A DNA stretch of 64,000 nucleotides, taken from NCBI GenBank assembly GCA_022560735.1, contig JADFSO010000009.1, positions 8,519 through 72,518 of the forward strand, written 5' to 3'. The position numbers and the translations under genes were made by a program. Every line of letters begins with the position of its first letter. Positions within the stretch are counted from its first letter, which is position 1. Source of the DNA: Pseudomonadota bacterium (GTDB lineage Bacteria > Pseudomonadota > Gammaproteobacteria > Steroidobacterales > MnTg04). Shown piece after piece: positions 20,466 through 27,853 of the stretch. The notes beneath the pieces were generated by a model. It worked only from the letters and a program-made list of their open reading frames with translations. It was not told the origin of the DNA and ran no database searches.

Positions 20466-20602
20466 TTTATGCCTCCCGGTCTGGCGTTACTGGTTCGCGT
20501 ACTTTTAGGACAGCGTCGGTGAGCGGTTAGTTTAATACAGGCGGGATGCCGAATTGGGCCTGAACAGAGTATCTACGAACCGTTGGCGGAACAACGATGT
20601 AT

Positions 20603-20662
20603 CGTAGGAGCGGCTTTAGCCGCGATAGGCGTTCGCATCGGGCCTGAAGGCCCTCCTACAAG
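20603..20662. repeat. REP doublet (REPIN-like), locus B
   Basis: CGTAGGAGCGGCTTTAGCCGCGATAGG followed by inverted CATCGGGCCTGAAGGCCCTCCTACAAG. Confidence 0.8.
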
Positions 20663-20677
20663 CGCGAATGGCAAACA

Positions 20678-20690
20678 GGGACAGATTTAT
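20678..20690 (+). repeat. Degenerate copy of the GGGGACAGATTTATTTT element
   Basis: GGGACAGATTTAT matches the core of the elements at 33859, 35391 and 63498 exactly. The flanks differ (AACAGGGACAGATTTATGTTT). Confidence 0.4.
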
Positions 20691-20700
20691 GTTTCGGGAT

Positions 20701-20731
20701 TTGTATCTGTACCTGCTACAGGTCTTATAAT
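20701..20731 (+). promoter_or_regulatory. Candidate MerR-family-type promoter/operator of the merT-like operon
   Basis: -35 TTGTAT (20701..20706), a 19-bp spacer containing the dyad CTGTACCTGCTACAG (20707..20721), and a perfect -10 TATAAT (20726..20731), about 80 nt upstream of the merT-like start. Confidence 0.5.
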
Positions 20732-20813
20732 ACTTGGCGTGCGAGTATTTCGGGCTGCGACGAGCCGATAACGCGACCAAACCACAGTATTGTTTTTTGT
20801 CCAAGAGACCACC

Positions 20814-21185
20814 ATGAGCAACAATCAGACCACAGCCGGAATCATTGGTAGCGCCCTGTTGGCGCTGACCGGTGCAACCTGTTGCGCCCTGCCGATTGCC
20901 CTCGTCGCCCTCGGGCTGGGTGGCGTCGTGGCCTCGGCCGTATCGGCGTTACCGTGGCTGGGAGTGCTCGCCGAATACAAGGCCGTCACCTTCGGCCTCA
21001 CCGCCGCGATCCTCGGCTATAGCTGGTGGCGCATCCGGCGCTCGAGCCTGTGCGAGATCGGCGAAAGCGGGCGATTACGCGTACAGAAGATTATCCTGTG
21101 GGTCATCAGCGCATTATTTGCCGCTTCCGTTTTCGCGGCCTATGCGCTTTTCCCGCTGACACTGTTTCTGGACAGCTTTGACTGA
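20814..21185 (+). CDS. MerT-like inner-membrane metal transporter
   Basis: Start MSNNQ at 20814. Three hydrophobic helices with a vicinal Cys pair in helix 1 (LTGATCCALPIALVALGLGG), as in MerT. The cytoplasmic loop has one Cys (SSLCEIG) instead of a pair. Confidence 0.6.
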   Translation: MSNNQTTAGIIGSALLALTGATCCALPIALVALGLGGVVASAVSALPWLGVLAEYKAVTFGLTAAILGYSWWRIRRSSLCEIGESGRLRVQKIILWVISALFAASVFAAYALFPLTLFLDSFD

Positions 21186-21201
21186 CCCTGCGAGGAACGA
21201 T

Positions 21202-21498
21202 ATGAAACGCTTGTTTTTTCTTTTGACCTTATTGTTTTTTACGAGTCAGACGCTGGCCGAAGATGTGCATTATCATCTCGTGGTTAGCGGCCTGTCCTGT
21301 CCTTTCTGTGTTTACGGTGTCGAGAAAAAACTGAAAAACCTCGAGGGCGTCGTGGATATCGAGTCGGAACTCGAAACCGGCGAGTTCTTCGTTAAAGTCG
21401 AAGACGGCGCGTCGCTTTCTGAGGAGACTATCGAGGAATTGGTCAGCAAGGCCGGGTTTACACTGGTGACCTTCGAAGCAATCGTCCTGGGAGATTGA
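21202..21498 (+). CDS. Periplasmic heavy-metal-associated (HMA, MerP-like) protein
   Basis: Start MKRLFFLLTLLFFTSQTLA (signal peptide) at 21202 with a GAGGAA SD. Ferredoxin-like HMA fold signature with CxxC as GLSCPFCVYGVEKKL. Confidence 0.65.
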   Translation: MKRLFFLLTLLFFTSQTLAEDVHYHLVVSGLSCPFCVYGVEKKLKNLEGVVDIESELETGEFFVKVEDGASLSEETIEELVSKAGFTLVTFEAIVLGD

Positions 21499-21500
21499 GC

Positions 21501-22385
21501 ATGAGGCCAGCAGGCGCCCTCGCCAGCCTCATTATCCTGCTGGCGCCGGTTCATGCGCCGGCAGCGCCGATCACCTTCAGCACTGCACTGCCCGTCGGCG
21601 AGGGCAAGTTCATCAACCGCGAACAGCTGGTATTTACGCGTTCGGGCGACGATCCAGGCAACAACGGGCTCGTCGTTGATGTGGACGCGCTCGTATCCGT
21701 CCTCGCCTACGGCGCCAGCGAAAAACTGGCGCTGTTTGCAACACTGCCATACCTGAAAAAGGAACTCAGGCAATCCGGTGGCGTACGCCGTTCGAGCAAA
21801 GGCCTGGGAGATCTGACGATTTTCGGGCGCTACACGCTGTTCCAGCGTGATGGTATCGGCCGGACGCTGAGGCTCGGGGCAATCGCAGGGATCAAGGCCC
21901 CGACTGGCGATGACGACGAAACCGATGCTCTCGGACGCCTGCCGATCCCGCTGCAATCCGGGACCGGTTCGTGGGACAGTTTCATCGGCGTAGTTGCCTC
22001 CTCCGAGACTTTGCGAGGTGGATTCCACAGCCAGCTCACCTACCAGGCGAAAACGGCGGCCAACAACTTCGAAGCCGGCGATGTGAGCCGGCTCGATCTG
22101 TCCTGGCAACGCCGGGTATGGCCCAGGGCACTCCAACCGAGCAGCAATGCGTTTCTCTACGGCGTACTCGAAGCCAACATCATCCACAGCAGGAAATCCA
22201 CGGTATCAGGCCAGGTCAACGACAACTCTGGCGGCACGACGATATTCATCACCCCCGGCATTCAATACGCCAGCAAGAAACTGATACTCGAAGCGGCCGT
22301 CCAGATCCCTGTCTATCAGGATCTGAATGGCACCGCCCTTGAGAACGACTATGTACTCAGGGCCGGTTTCCGGGTGAACTATTGA
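21501..22385 (+). CDS. Outer-membrane beta-barrel (MetA-pathway/transporter-like family)
   Basis: Signal peptide MRPAGALASLIILLAPVHAPA, alternating amphipathic strands, and a C-terminal aromatic ending ...RAGFRVNY. ATG at 21501 preferred over TTG at 21495 because of the GGGAGA SD. Confidence 0.6.
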   Translation: MRPAGALASLIILLAPVHAPAAPITFSTALPVGEGKFINREQLVFTRSGDDPGNNGLVVDVDALVSVLAYGASEKLALFATLPYLKKELRQSGGVRRSSKGLGDLTIFGRYTLFQRDGIGRTLRLGAIAGIKAPTGDDDETDALGRLPIPLQSGTGSWDSFIGVVASSETLRGGFHSQLTYQAKTAANNFEAGDVSRLDLSWQRRVWPRALQPSSNAFLYGVLEANIIHSRKSTVSGQVNDNSGGTTIFITPGIQYASKKLILEAAVQIPVYQDLNGTALENDYVLRAGFRVNY

Positions 22386-22494
22386 ACGGACCAGGCCCGG
22401 GCGACCCCGGGAATCACGCGTATTCTGACTTCTCGATGCGCCACCGGCTTGTACACGGTTGTGCGGCTACCTGGTTCGAAACTCCTTGTCGGAT

Positions 22495-22520
22495 ACAGAA
22501 AACCCCGCGCAAACGGGGTC
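22495..22520 (-). terminator. Rho-independent terminator of the SWIB gene
   Basis: On the minus strand: CCCCG-TTTGCG-CGGGG followed by TTTTCTGT, about 60 nt downstream of the stop at 22578. Confidence 0.5.
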
Positions 22521-22577
22521 CTCCGTCAAGAATCCCACCAGCCACCGTCAGAAAAGACGTGGCAGGGGTGCTGCTGG

Positions 22578-22904
22578 CTATTCCACGTTCGCACTGACCA
22601 CAGCGGCCATCTGCATCATATCTATGGTTTCGCCTTCCTGCATGTTACGCAGGTCGGTAAGATTGCCCGACTTGCTCGTGGAATTTGTGTTCTTGAACAC
22701 CTTGAGCAGTTTTGCATCGGCGACGATGTACTTCCCTGCGTTTTCCGGTGTGCCGTTGACAGATTTGGTTTGAAGCTTATTGGCTTTTATATAATCCCAA
22801 AGTCTTTTTGTAATCTCGGTGCGGGGCAGTTCGCTTACTCCACAAAATTCAGCCAAATCAGCTTTAAGTTTAACCGGTTTTTTAAGTCCTTTTAGTTCAG
22901 CCAC
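22578..22904 (-). CDS. SWIB/MDM2-domain protein
   Basis: 108 aa, GTG start with an AAGGAG SD. Core SWIB motif ELPRTEITKRLWDYIKANKLQ ... ADAKLLKVF. Local AT-rich context. Confidence 0.7.
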   Translation of the reverse strand: MAELKGLKKPVKLKADLAEFCGVSELPRTEITKRLWDYIKANKLQTKSVNGTPENAGKYIVADAKLLKVFKNTNSTSKSGNLTDLRNMQEGETIDMMQMAAVVSANVE

Positions 22905-22988
22905 AACAAGCTCCTTACATAATTAAGGTCAGTAATAATATATCCGTCGAATACGACAAAGCGGACAGACCTCACGGTTTCCGGAACC

Positions 22989-23012
22989 ATAGTGTGAACC
23001 CGGTCACACTAT
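22989..23012. promoter_or_regulatory. CRP/Vfr-type binding site upstream of the SWIB gene
   Basis: Perfect inverted repeat ATAGTGTGA-ACCCGG-TCACACTAT, containing the CRP core TGTGA-N6-TCACA. Its centre is about 96 nt upstream of the SWIB start codon. Confidence 0.5.
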
Positions 23013-23153
23013 TTCCGTAATCGAAAGAGTTCTGCAACAAGCGGCCGCCAATTTCACCGTATCGGGATACATAATTCTATCACTTCGACGTGACTGAGCG
23101 CGAGCCGAAAAAGGCCTCAAATCGCTGTGACAAGCCGGTCGCGGTTGAAATTG

Positions 23154-23852
23154 CTACTGTGAAACCCAGTCGGCCTTGTTCGCCAGCTTTTTTGCAGCGG
23201 CAAGCAAATCCTCGGCAGACAAGCGAATCCTGTAGTCAGGGTTCACAAAGTCAAAAACAATCTCGCCTGAGCGATCGATGACATAAACCGCCGGCACGGT
23301 AAGGGCCTTGTGCTTGCCGATCGAAGAGTCCGCGTAATCACGGCCTTTTTTCTTCAGGTTATCGATCAACCTCTCGTCTACCCTGAACGCAGTACCCAGC
23401 GCCATTGCCGCATTGAGATCCGCATCCGAAAGAATGAGATAGTCCAGTCCGTCAATACTCTCCTGGGTTTCTCTCTTGAGACTCGAGTACAGCAAATCCG
23501 GCCTGTCGTTACTCAGGAACAAGACGTCGAAACCATTCTTTTTGAGCTCGGGAATGGCAAAGCGCATGTTCGAGAGCTGCATGTTGCAGAAGGGGCACCA
23601 GCCGCCCCGGATCGAGATCAGGATCGTTGGACGTTCGAGGTTTTCCGGGTCAAACACGAAGGGTTCGTCGTCAACCGTGCGCACGGTAAATGCGGGCGCC
23701 CTGTCGCCGGTTGCAAGCGGTGTCGTTTCCTCTGCGCTCGCAGGCAATGCCGCATAATCGTCCGCGACTGCCCGGTTGGATTGCGAGTAGACAAAGGTCC
23801 CCAATAACAAAGCCAGAATGGCCAGGTAGACGAGGTTTCTGCTAAAGCCCAT
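23154..23852 (-). CDS. Membrane-anchored AhpC/TSA-redoxin family protein
   Basis: Start MGFSRNLVYLAILALLLGTFVYS at 23852 with an AAGGAGAA SD. Redox motif GGWCPFCNMQL. The track start at 23921 lacks an SD. Confidence 0.75.
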   Translation of the reverse strand: MGFSRNLVYLAILALLLGTFVYSQSNRAVADDYAALPASAEETTPLATGDRAPAFTVRTVDDEPFVFDPENLERPTILISIRGGWCPFCNMQLSNMRFAIPELKKNGFDVLFLSNDRPDLLYSSLKRETQESIDGLDYLILSDADLNAAMALGTAFRVDERLIDNLKKKGRDYADSSIGKHKALTVPAVYVIDRSGEIVFDFVNPDYRIRLSAEDLLAAAKKLANKADWVSQ

Positions 23853-24069
23853 GGAAAGTTCTCCTTGTTCGATAATCCACCAGACCATCGAGGGCGAGAT
23901 AATATTACAGCGGCTCGCCAATCAACAGCAGTCCACGGCCGATATTGGCCATGATGCCTGGCGCCTGTCATTTGTTGCCGCTGGTTAATATCCAGCCATG
24001 TAATAACGCACTTGAATTTCGGGTCTGGTGCTTGTTGAATGTAATGCAATCATCGCCTGAGGATTCGAC

Positions 24070-24627
24070 GTGCGCCATGCCCTGATACTGTCAGCCATCC
24101 TGTCAATGCTGCCGTTTGGTTCTTCGATCGCTGCCGGGAACATCGCACCAGACTGGACGCTCGCCGATCCTGACGGGCAAACGATTCGCCTGCAGGATGA
24201 AGTGGAGGCGCAAGCGACCATCCTGTTTTTCTGGGCTACCTGGTGTCCGTATTGCAAGGCATTATTCCCGCATCTGCAAAGCATTCGCCTCGAGTACGGG
24301 GATCGCGTCCGGATCCTGGCCATCAATTTCCGTGAAGATGGAGACCCTGCCACCTTCATCAACGAAAGCGGTTACGACGTCACGCTGTTGCTCGATGGCG
24401 ACGAAGTTGCCGAGTTATACGACATCTACGGAACACCGGGCGTAATACTGCTGGATAAGGATCGCGTAATACATTTTGACCTGCGCCACATCCCACCAAT
24501 CGAGCCGCCGGACCTCGGCAAACCGGCCAGCCACAAACGCAAGGCCGCCTACCGGGCGCCGTACTGGGCCGCCGAAATACGCAAGAGCCTCGACGCGATC
24601 ATTGCCGAGCATTACGAAATACCATAA
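24070..24627 (+). CDS. TlpA-like periplasmic thiol:disulfide oxidoreductase
   Basis: 185 aa with a signal peptide. Thioredoxin motif FWATWCPYCKALFP and YGTPGVILLD (cis-Pro loop). Confidence 0.8.
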   Translation: MRHALILSAILSMLPFGSSIAAGNIAPDWTLADPDGQTIRLQDEVEAQATILFFWATWCPYCKALFPHLQSIRLEYGDRVRILAINFREDGDPATFINESGYDVTLLLDGDEVAELYDIYGTPGVILLDKDRVIHFDLRHIPPIEPPDLGKPASHKRKAAYRAPYWAAEIRKSLDAIIAEHYEIP

Positions 24628-24670
24628 GCACGCGGACGATACCGGCGTTTATTGATTGGCGACCAATTAA

Positions 24671-24714
24671 TGGAGCGGGTGATGGGAATCGAACCCACAT
24701 TCTCAGCTTGGGAA
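24671..24714 (-). repeat. Displaced 3' half of tRNA-Gly (island attachment-site direct repeat)
   Basis: 44/44 nt identical to 27854..27897 (tggagcgggtgatgggaatcgaacccacattctcagcttgggaa). Sequence diverges immediately beyond. Confidence 0.9.
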
Positions 24715-25046
24715 TCCTGCTTAGCCTACTCGGCACAAAAGGTCACAACAACTAACAACAGAAAATTCAACCACTAACAGCATTGAACTTATTGCTGTTT
24801 GTGGCCAGTTATGGCCCTTTATTGTGTTGTAGTGCCCCACCAGTGTCCCACACGGTCTGGCATGTTGTTTTTATCGGCTGGAATTCTTTGACTGTCATTT
24901 TTGGCAGACTTTGATAGCCATGCTGAGCGACAGTAAATCGTTGCATAAACTACAGAGGCCGAATATACGTACGCAGTCGTGCCATGGCTGTCCTCAACAG
25001 AGTGCTTGCAATGAGGAGGAGTCCATATACGGACATTAAAAGTAAA

Positions 25047-25065
25047 CCCCGCCACGAGGGCGGGG
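25047..25065 (-). terminator. Rho-independent terminator oriented for minus-strand transcription
   Basis: On the minus strand: CCCCGCC-CTCGT-GGCGGGG followed by TTTACTTTTAAT. On the plus strand no T tract follows the hairpin. Confidence 0.5.
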
Positions 25066-25111
25066 CTGATTTAAGCCGGTGAGTTATCCCTCGGTGCGCA
25101 GGACCAAGTCT

Positions 25112-25402
25112 TTAGTGTCCAAACGTGATTGGTGGCGTAAAGCTTCCGTTAGGAACTCCGGTTATGTTGGGATCATTTTCGAATATCGGAACGACTGGAA
25201 AATTAGAGTTGATCTCGTCGCACACACCGTCGCCGCTCGAGTCGTAATTCGCCACAGAGAAGTGTAGAATCAGACGCAAAGTGGGCTGTCCGTCCGCGTT
25301 TAGAGCCCTTGGCCCAATATGTCCTCCAACAGCGCCGAGAGCACCAAGTCCCAGTATCGTCCACACCGGTGGCGCTTCAGCCGATTGGGCGGTTTCGATC
25401 AA
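25112..25402 (-). CDS. Doubtful small ORF (96 aa) overlapping the 5' end of the EF-hand gene in antisense
   Basis: ORF-track entry. Its C-terminal part has a TSP3-like acidic loop (YDSSGDGVCDEIN), and the terminator at 25047..25065 is correctly placed. I see no clear SD and no recognisable family. Confidence 0.2.
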   Translation of the reverse strand: MIETAQSAEAPPVWTILGLGALGAVGGHIGPRALNADGQPTLRLILHFSVANYDSSGDGVCDEINSNFPVVPIFENDPNITGVPNGSFTPPITFGH

Positions 25403-27520
25403 GTCCGCCTGGAAACCGGCATGGACCTGATGGCGTTAGATCAGCTTGATCAGAAGCTCTGGGCAACACTCGGGTGCCCCACCCACGGGCTGGAAATCGA
25501 TGCCAAGACCCTTGAGCTGATTGACGTCGACGGAGACGGACGCATTCGCGTACCCGACATCATCGCCGCAGTGCAGTGGGCCGGTACTGTCTTACGGGAT
25601 CCAGATGACCTCACTAAAAGGGCGAGTTCCTTGCCGCTTGAGGCCATCGACGAGCGAACTGAGGAGGGCAGGCAATTGCTTGCTTCGGCGAAACGGGTCC
25701 TCCTGAACCTGGGGAAGGGCGAGGCTACGGTAATTACCCCGGAAGACACGGGGAACATCGAACGGAACCTCAACGAGACGAAGTTTAACGGCGACGGGAT
25801 CATTCCCCTCGCCTCAGCGGACGATAAGGCGACTAAGGCCCTGATCGAAGCGATCATGGAGTGCGTTGGCTCAGAGCAAGACCGATGCGGCGATCCTGGG
25901 GTCTCGCAGGAAAAAGTCGAAGAGTTCTTCGCGCAGGCCCGGGCCTACTCGGCCTGGAGGCAGAAGGCGGAGAACGATCGGGACAACATTCTCCCGTTCG
26001 GTGACGCGACGGCCGCGGCCGCGGCGGTCTTCAGAGCCGTGAAATCGAAGGTGGACGATTACTTCACCCGTTGCCGGCTTGCGCAGTTCGACCCGCAGGC
26101 GGCTGCGCCGCTAAATCCGCGCGAAGCACAGTACGAGGCGCTTTTATCGACGGAGCTTTCGGCCACAACGGAAGAGATGGCTGCCTTTCCTCTCGCTCAC
26201 ATCGCACCCGGAAGGGCCCTCCCACTCGAGGAGGGCGTAAACCCAGCCTGGGTCGCTAGGGTAGCGAAATTGCGCGCCGAGATCGTGCGGCCGATGTTCG
26301 GGGACACGGACTGCGTAGAGGACGAACAATGGATGAGCCTGAGCAGCAAGTTCGCGGCCCACGAGGACTGGTTGAACGAGAAGGAAGGCGCTGTCGTCGA
26401 CGTGCTAGGCCTTGGGCGTGTGCGTGAGATCCTAGCCGGCGACGGCGAAGCGGCCGTAACCGCGCTGATCGAGAAGGATAAGGCGCTCGAGTCCGAAGCA
26501 AACGCCATTGTCTCGTTAGACAAGCTCATCCGCTACTATCGTGATCTGTTCACCCTCCTAAACAACTTCGTGTCGTTCCACGATTTTTACACGCCCGAGA
26601 CCAAAGCCATTTTCCAGGCGGGTACCCTCTATCTGGATGGACGGAGCTGCGAACTCTGCGTGAGGGTGGACGACGTGGAAAAGCACGCAAGGCTCGCCGC
26701 CCTGAGCCGCACTTACCTCGCCTACTGCAGTTGCGTGCGTAAGAACGGCGCCGAGCAGCAGATTAACATTGCCGCGGCGTTCACTAATGGCGACGGAAGC
26801 AACCTTCGGGTCGGCCGAAACGGTATCTTCTACGACCGCCAGGGGCAAGACTGGCATGCCACCATCGTCAAGGTGATTGAGAACCCGATCAGCGTCCGCG
26901 AGGCCTTCTGGGCGCCGTATCGGCGCGTCGGGCGAATGGTAGGGACGCAAGTTGAGAGGTTCGCAGCCGCTCGGGAAAAGCAAGTCGAGGCGAGTGCGGC
27001 CAAAGGCATCAGCGCTGTTCTGGAGGAGGCCGAGCCGCAGTTCGACGTGGCCAAGTTCGCGGGTATCTTCGCTGCTATAGGGCTCGCCATCGGAGCCATC
27101 GGCACCGCGATCGTAGCTACGGTAACAGGCTTTCTGCACCTCATGTGGTGGCAGATGCCGTTGGCGGTCATCGGTCTCTTCTTCGTCATCTCCGGACCCT
27201 CGATGGCCGCCGCATATCTGAGCCTGCGCAAACGCAACCTGGCTCCCATCCTCGACGCGAACGGCTGGGCGGTGAATGCGCGCGCCGTGATCAACCTCCC
27301 CTTCGGCGCCTCGCTCACTAGCATCGCCAAGCTCCCCGAGGGCTCCGAACATTCGCTGAAGGATCCGTTCGCCGTCAAGCGCAAGCGTTGGAAGCTCCTC
27401 CTCGCGTTGTTTGTGCTTTTAGTCGCAGCAGGAGTTCTCTGGCAAATGGGGACTCTGAGTGTATGGTGGGAGCGCATCAGCACCGGTGAGACGGCCGCCG
27501 CGGTCGAAGAGCCAGCCTAA
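25319..27520 (+). CDS. Orphan 733-aa EF-hand / C-terminal multi-TM protein (function unknown)
   Basis: Long uninterrupted ORF. Canonical 12-residue EF loop DVDGDGRIRVPD (25523..25558). Large soluble N-terminal region. Hydrophobic helices FAGIFAAIGLAIGAIGTAIVATVTGFL, MPLAVIGLFFVISGPSMAAAYL and WKLLLALFVLLVAAGVLW. In-frame stop at 25301 just upstream of the ATG. Confidence 0.8.
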   Translation: MSSNSAESTKSQYRPHRWRFSRLGGFDQVRLETGMDLMALDQLDQKLWATLGCPTHGLEIDAKTLELIDVDGDGRIRVPDIIAAVQWAGTVLRDPDDLTKRASSLPLEAIDERTEEGRQLLASAKRVLLNLGKGEATVITPEDTGNIERNLNETKFNGDGIIPLASADDKATKALIEAIMECVGSEQDRCGDPGVSQEKVEEFFAQARAYSAWRQKAENDRDNILPFGDATAAAAAVFRAVKSKVDDYFTRCRLAQFDPQAAAPLNPREAQYEALLSTELSATTEEMAAFPLAHIAPGRALPLEEGVNPAWVARVAKLRAEIVRPMFGDTDCVEDEQWMSLSSKFAAHEDWLNEKEGAVVDVLGLGRVREILAGDGEAAVTALIEKDKALESEANAIVSLDKLIRYYRDLFTLLNNFVSFHDFYTPETKAIFQAGTLYLDGRSCELCVRVDDVEKHARLAALSRTYLAYCSCVRKNGAEQQINIAAAFTNGDGSNLRVGRNGIFYDRQGQDWHATIVKVIENPISVREAFWAPYRRVGRMVGTQVERFAAAREKQVEASAAKGISAVLEEAEPQFDVAKFAGIFAAIGLAIGAIGTAIVATVTGFLHLMWWQMPLAVIGLFFVISGPSMAAAYLSLRKRNLAPILDANGWAVNARAVINLPFGASLTSIAKLPEGSEHSLKDPFAVKRKRWKLLLALFVLLVAAGVLWQMGTLSVWWERISTGETAAAVEEPA

Positions 27521-27594
27521 ACAGAAGGTTGATCTCGCTCCTAGTGGCTGGCGGGGTAGAGTTAGGGATGATTGGGCTCTAGTCTGAATGTCGC

Positions 27595-27709
27595 CTTCGG
27601 GTCGGTAAGCGACCGGGTCAATTTGAGATCACCGAGCAAGCTCGCCAGGCGATTCGCACATGGATTGACGAGGCAAACTTAGGAACAGCTCAGTACTTGT
27701 TTCCGAGCT
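27595..27709 (+). pseudogene. Tyrosine (phage-type) integrase fragment
   Basis: Hand translation LRVGKRPGQFEITEQARQAIRTWIDEANLGTAQYLFPS matches the conserved mid-section of tRNA-targeting integrases (..PVQFEITEQTR..W.....YLFPS). There is no N-terminal part and no catalytic RHRY region. Confidence 0.6.
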
Positions 27710-27715
27710 GTATCA

Positions 27716-27838
27716 ACGGCGCGGATCATTCTGCACTCCAACCGCGGCACGCAGTTTACCAGCGACGAATACCAGCGTTTCCTGCAAGGTCATAACCTGG
27801 TTTGCAGCATGAGCGGGGTGGGTAGTTCCGCGGACAAC
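27716..27838 (+). pseudogene. IS3-family transposase (OrfB) fragment
   Basis: Hand translation IILHSNRGTQFTSDEYQRFLQGHNLVCSMSGVGSSADN matches the DDE-core block HSDRGSQYTS...SMSRxGNCxDN. Only about 40 codons remain, and they end at the tRNA 3' end. Confidence 0.6.
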
Positions 27839-27853
27839 ACATATTGTTTTTAT

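Noticed and set aside
20790-22385. Calling the merT-like/HMA operon a bona fide mercury-resistance (mer) operon
   Set aside because: No merR or merA is in the window, the MerT cytoplasmic Cys pair is incomplete, the HMA site is SCPFC rather than GMTCxxC, and an OM barrel is not part of canonical mer operons. I kept it as 'mer-like, metal unknown'.
24819-25055. 78-aa minus-strand ORF in the AT-rich left part of the islet
   Set aside because: Its start lies inside the terminator hairpin, there is no SD, and the translation has no recognisable features. It is probably non-coding or decayed DNA.
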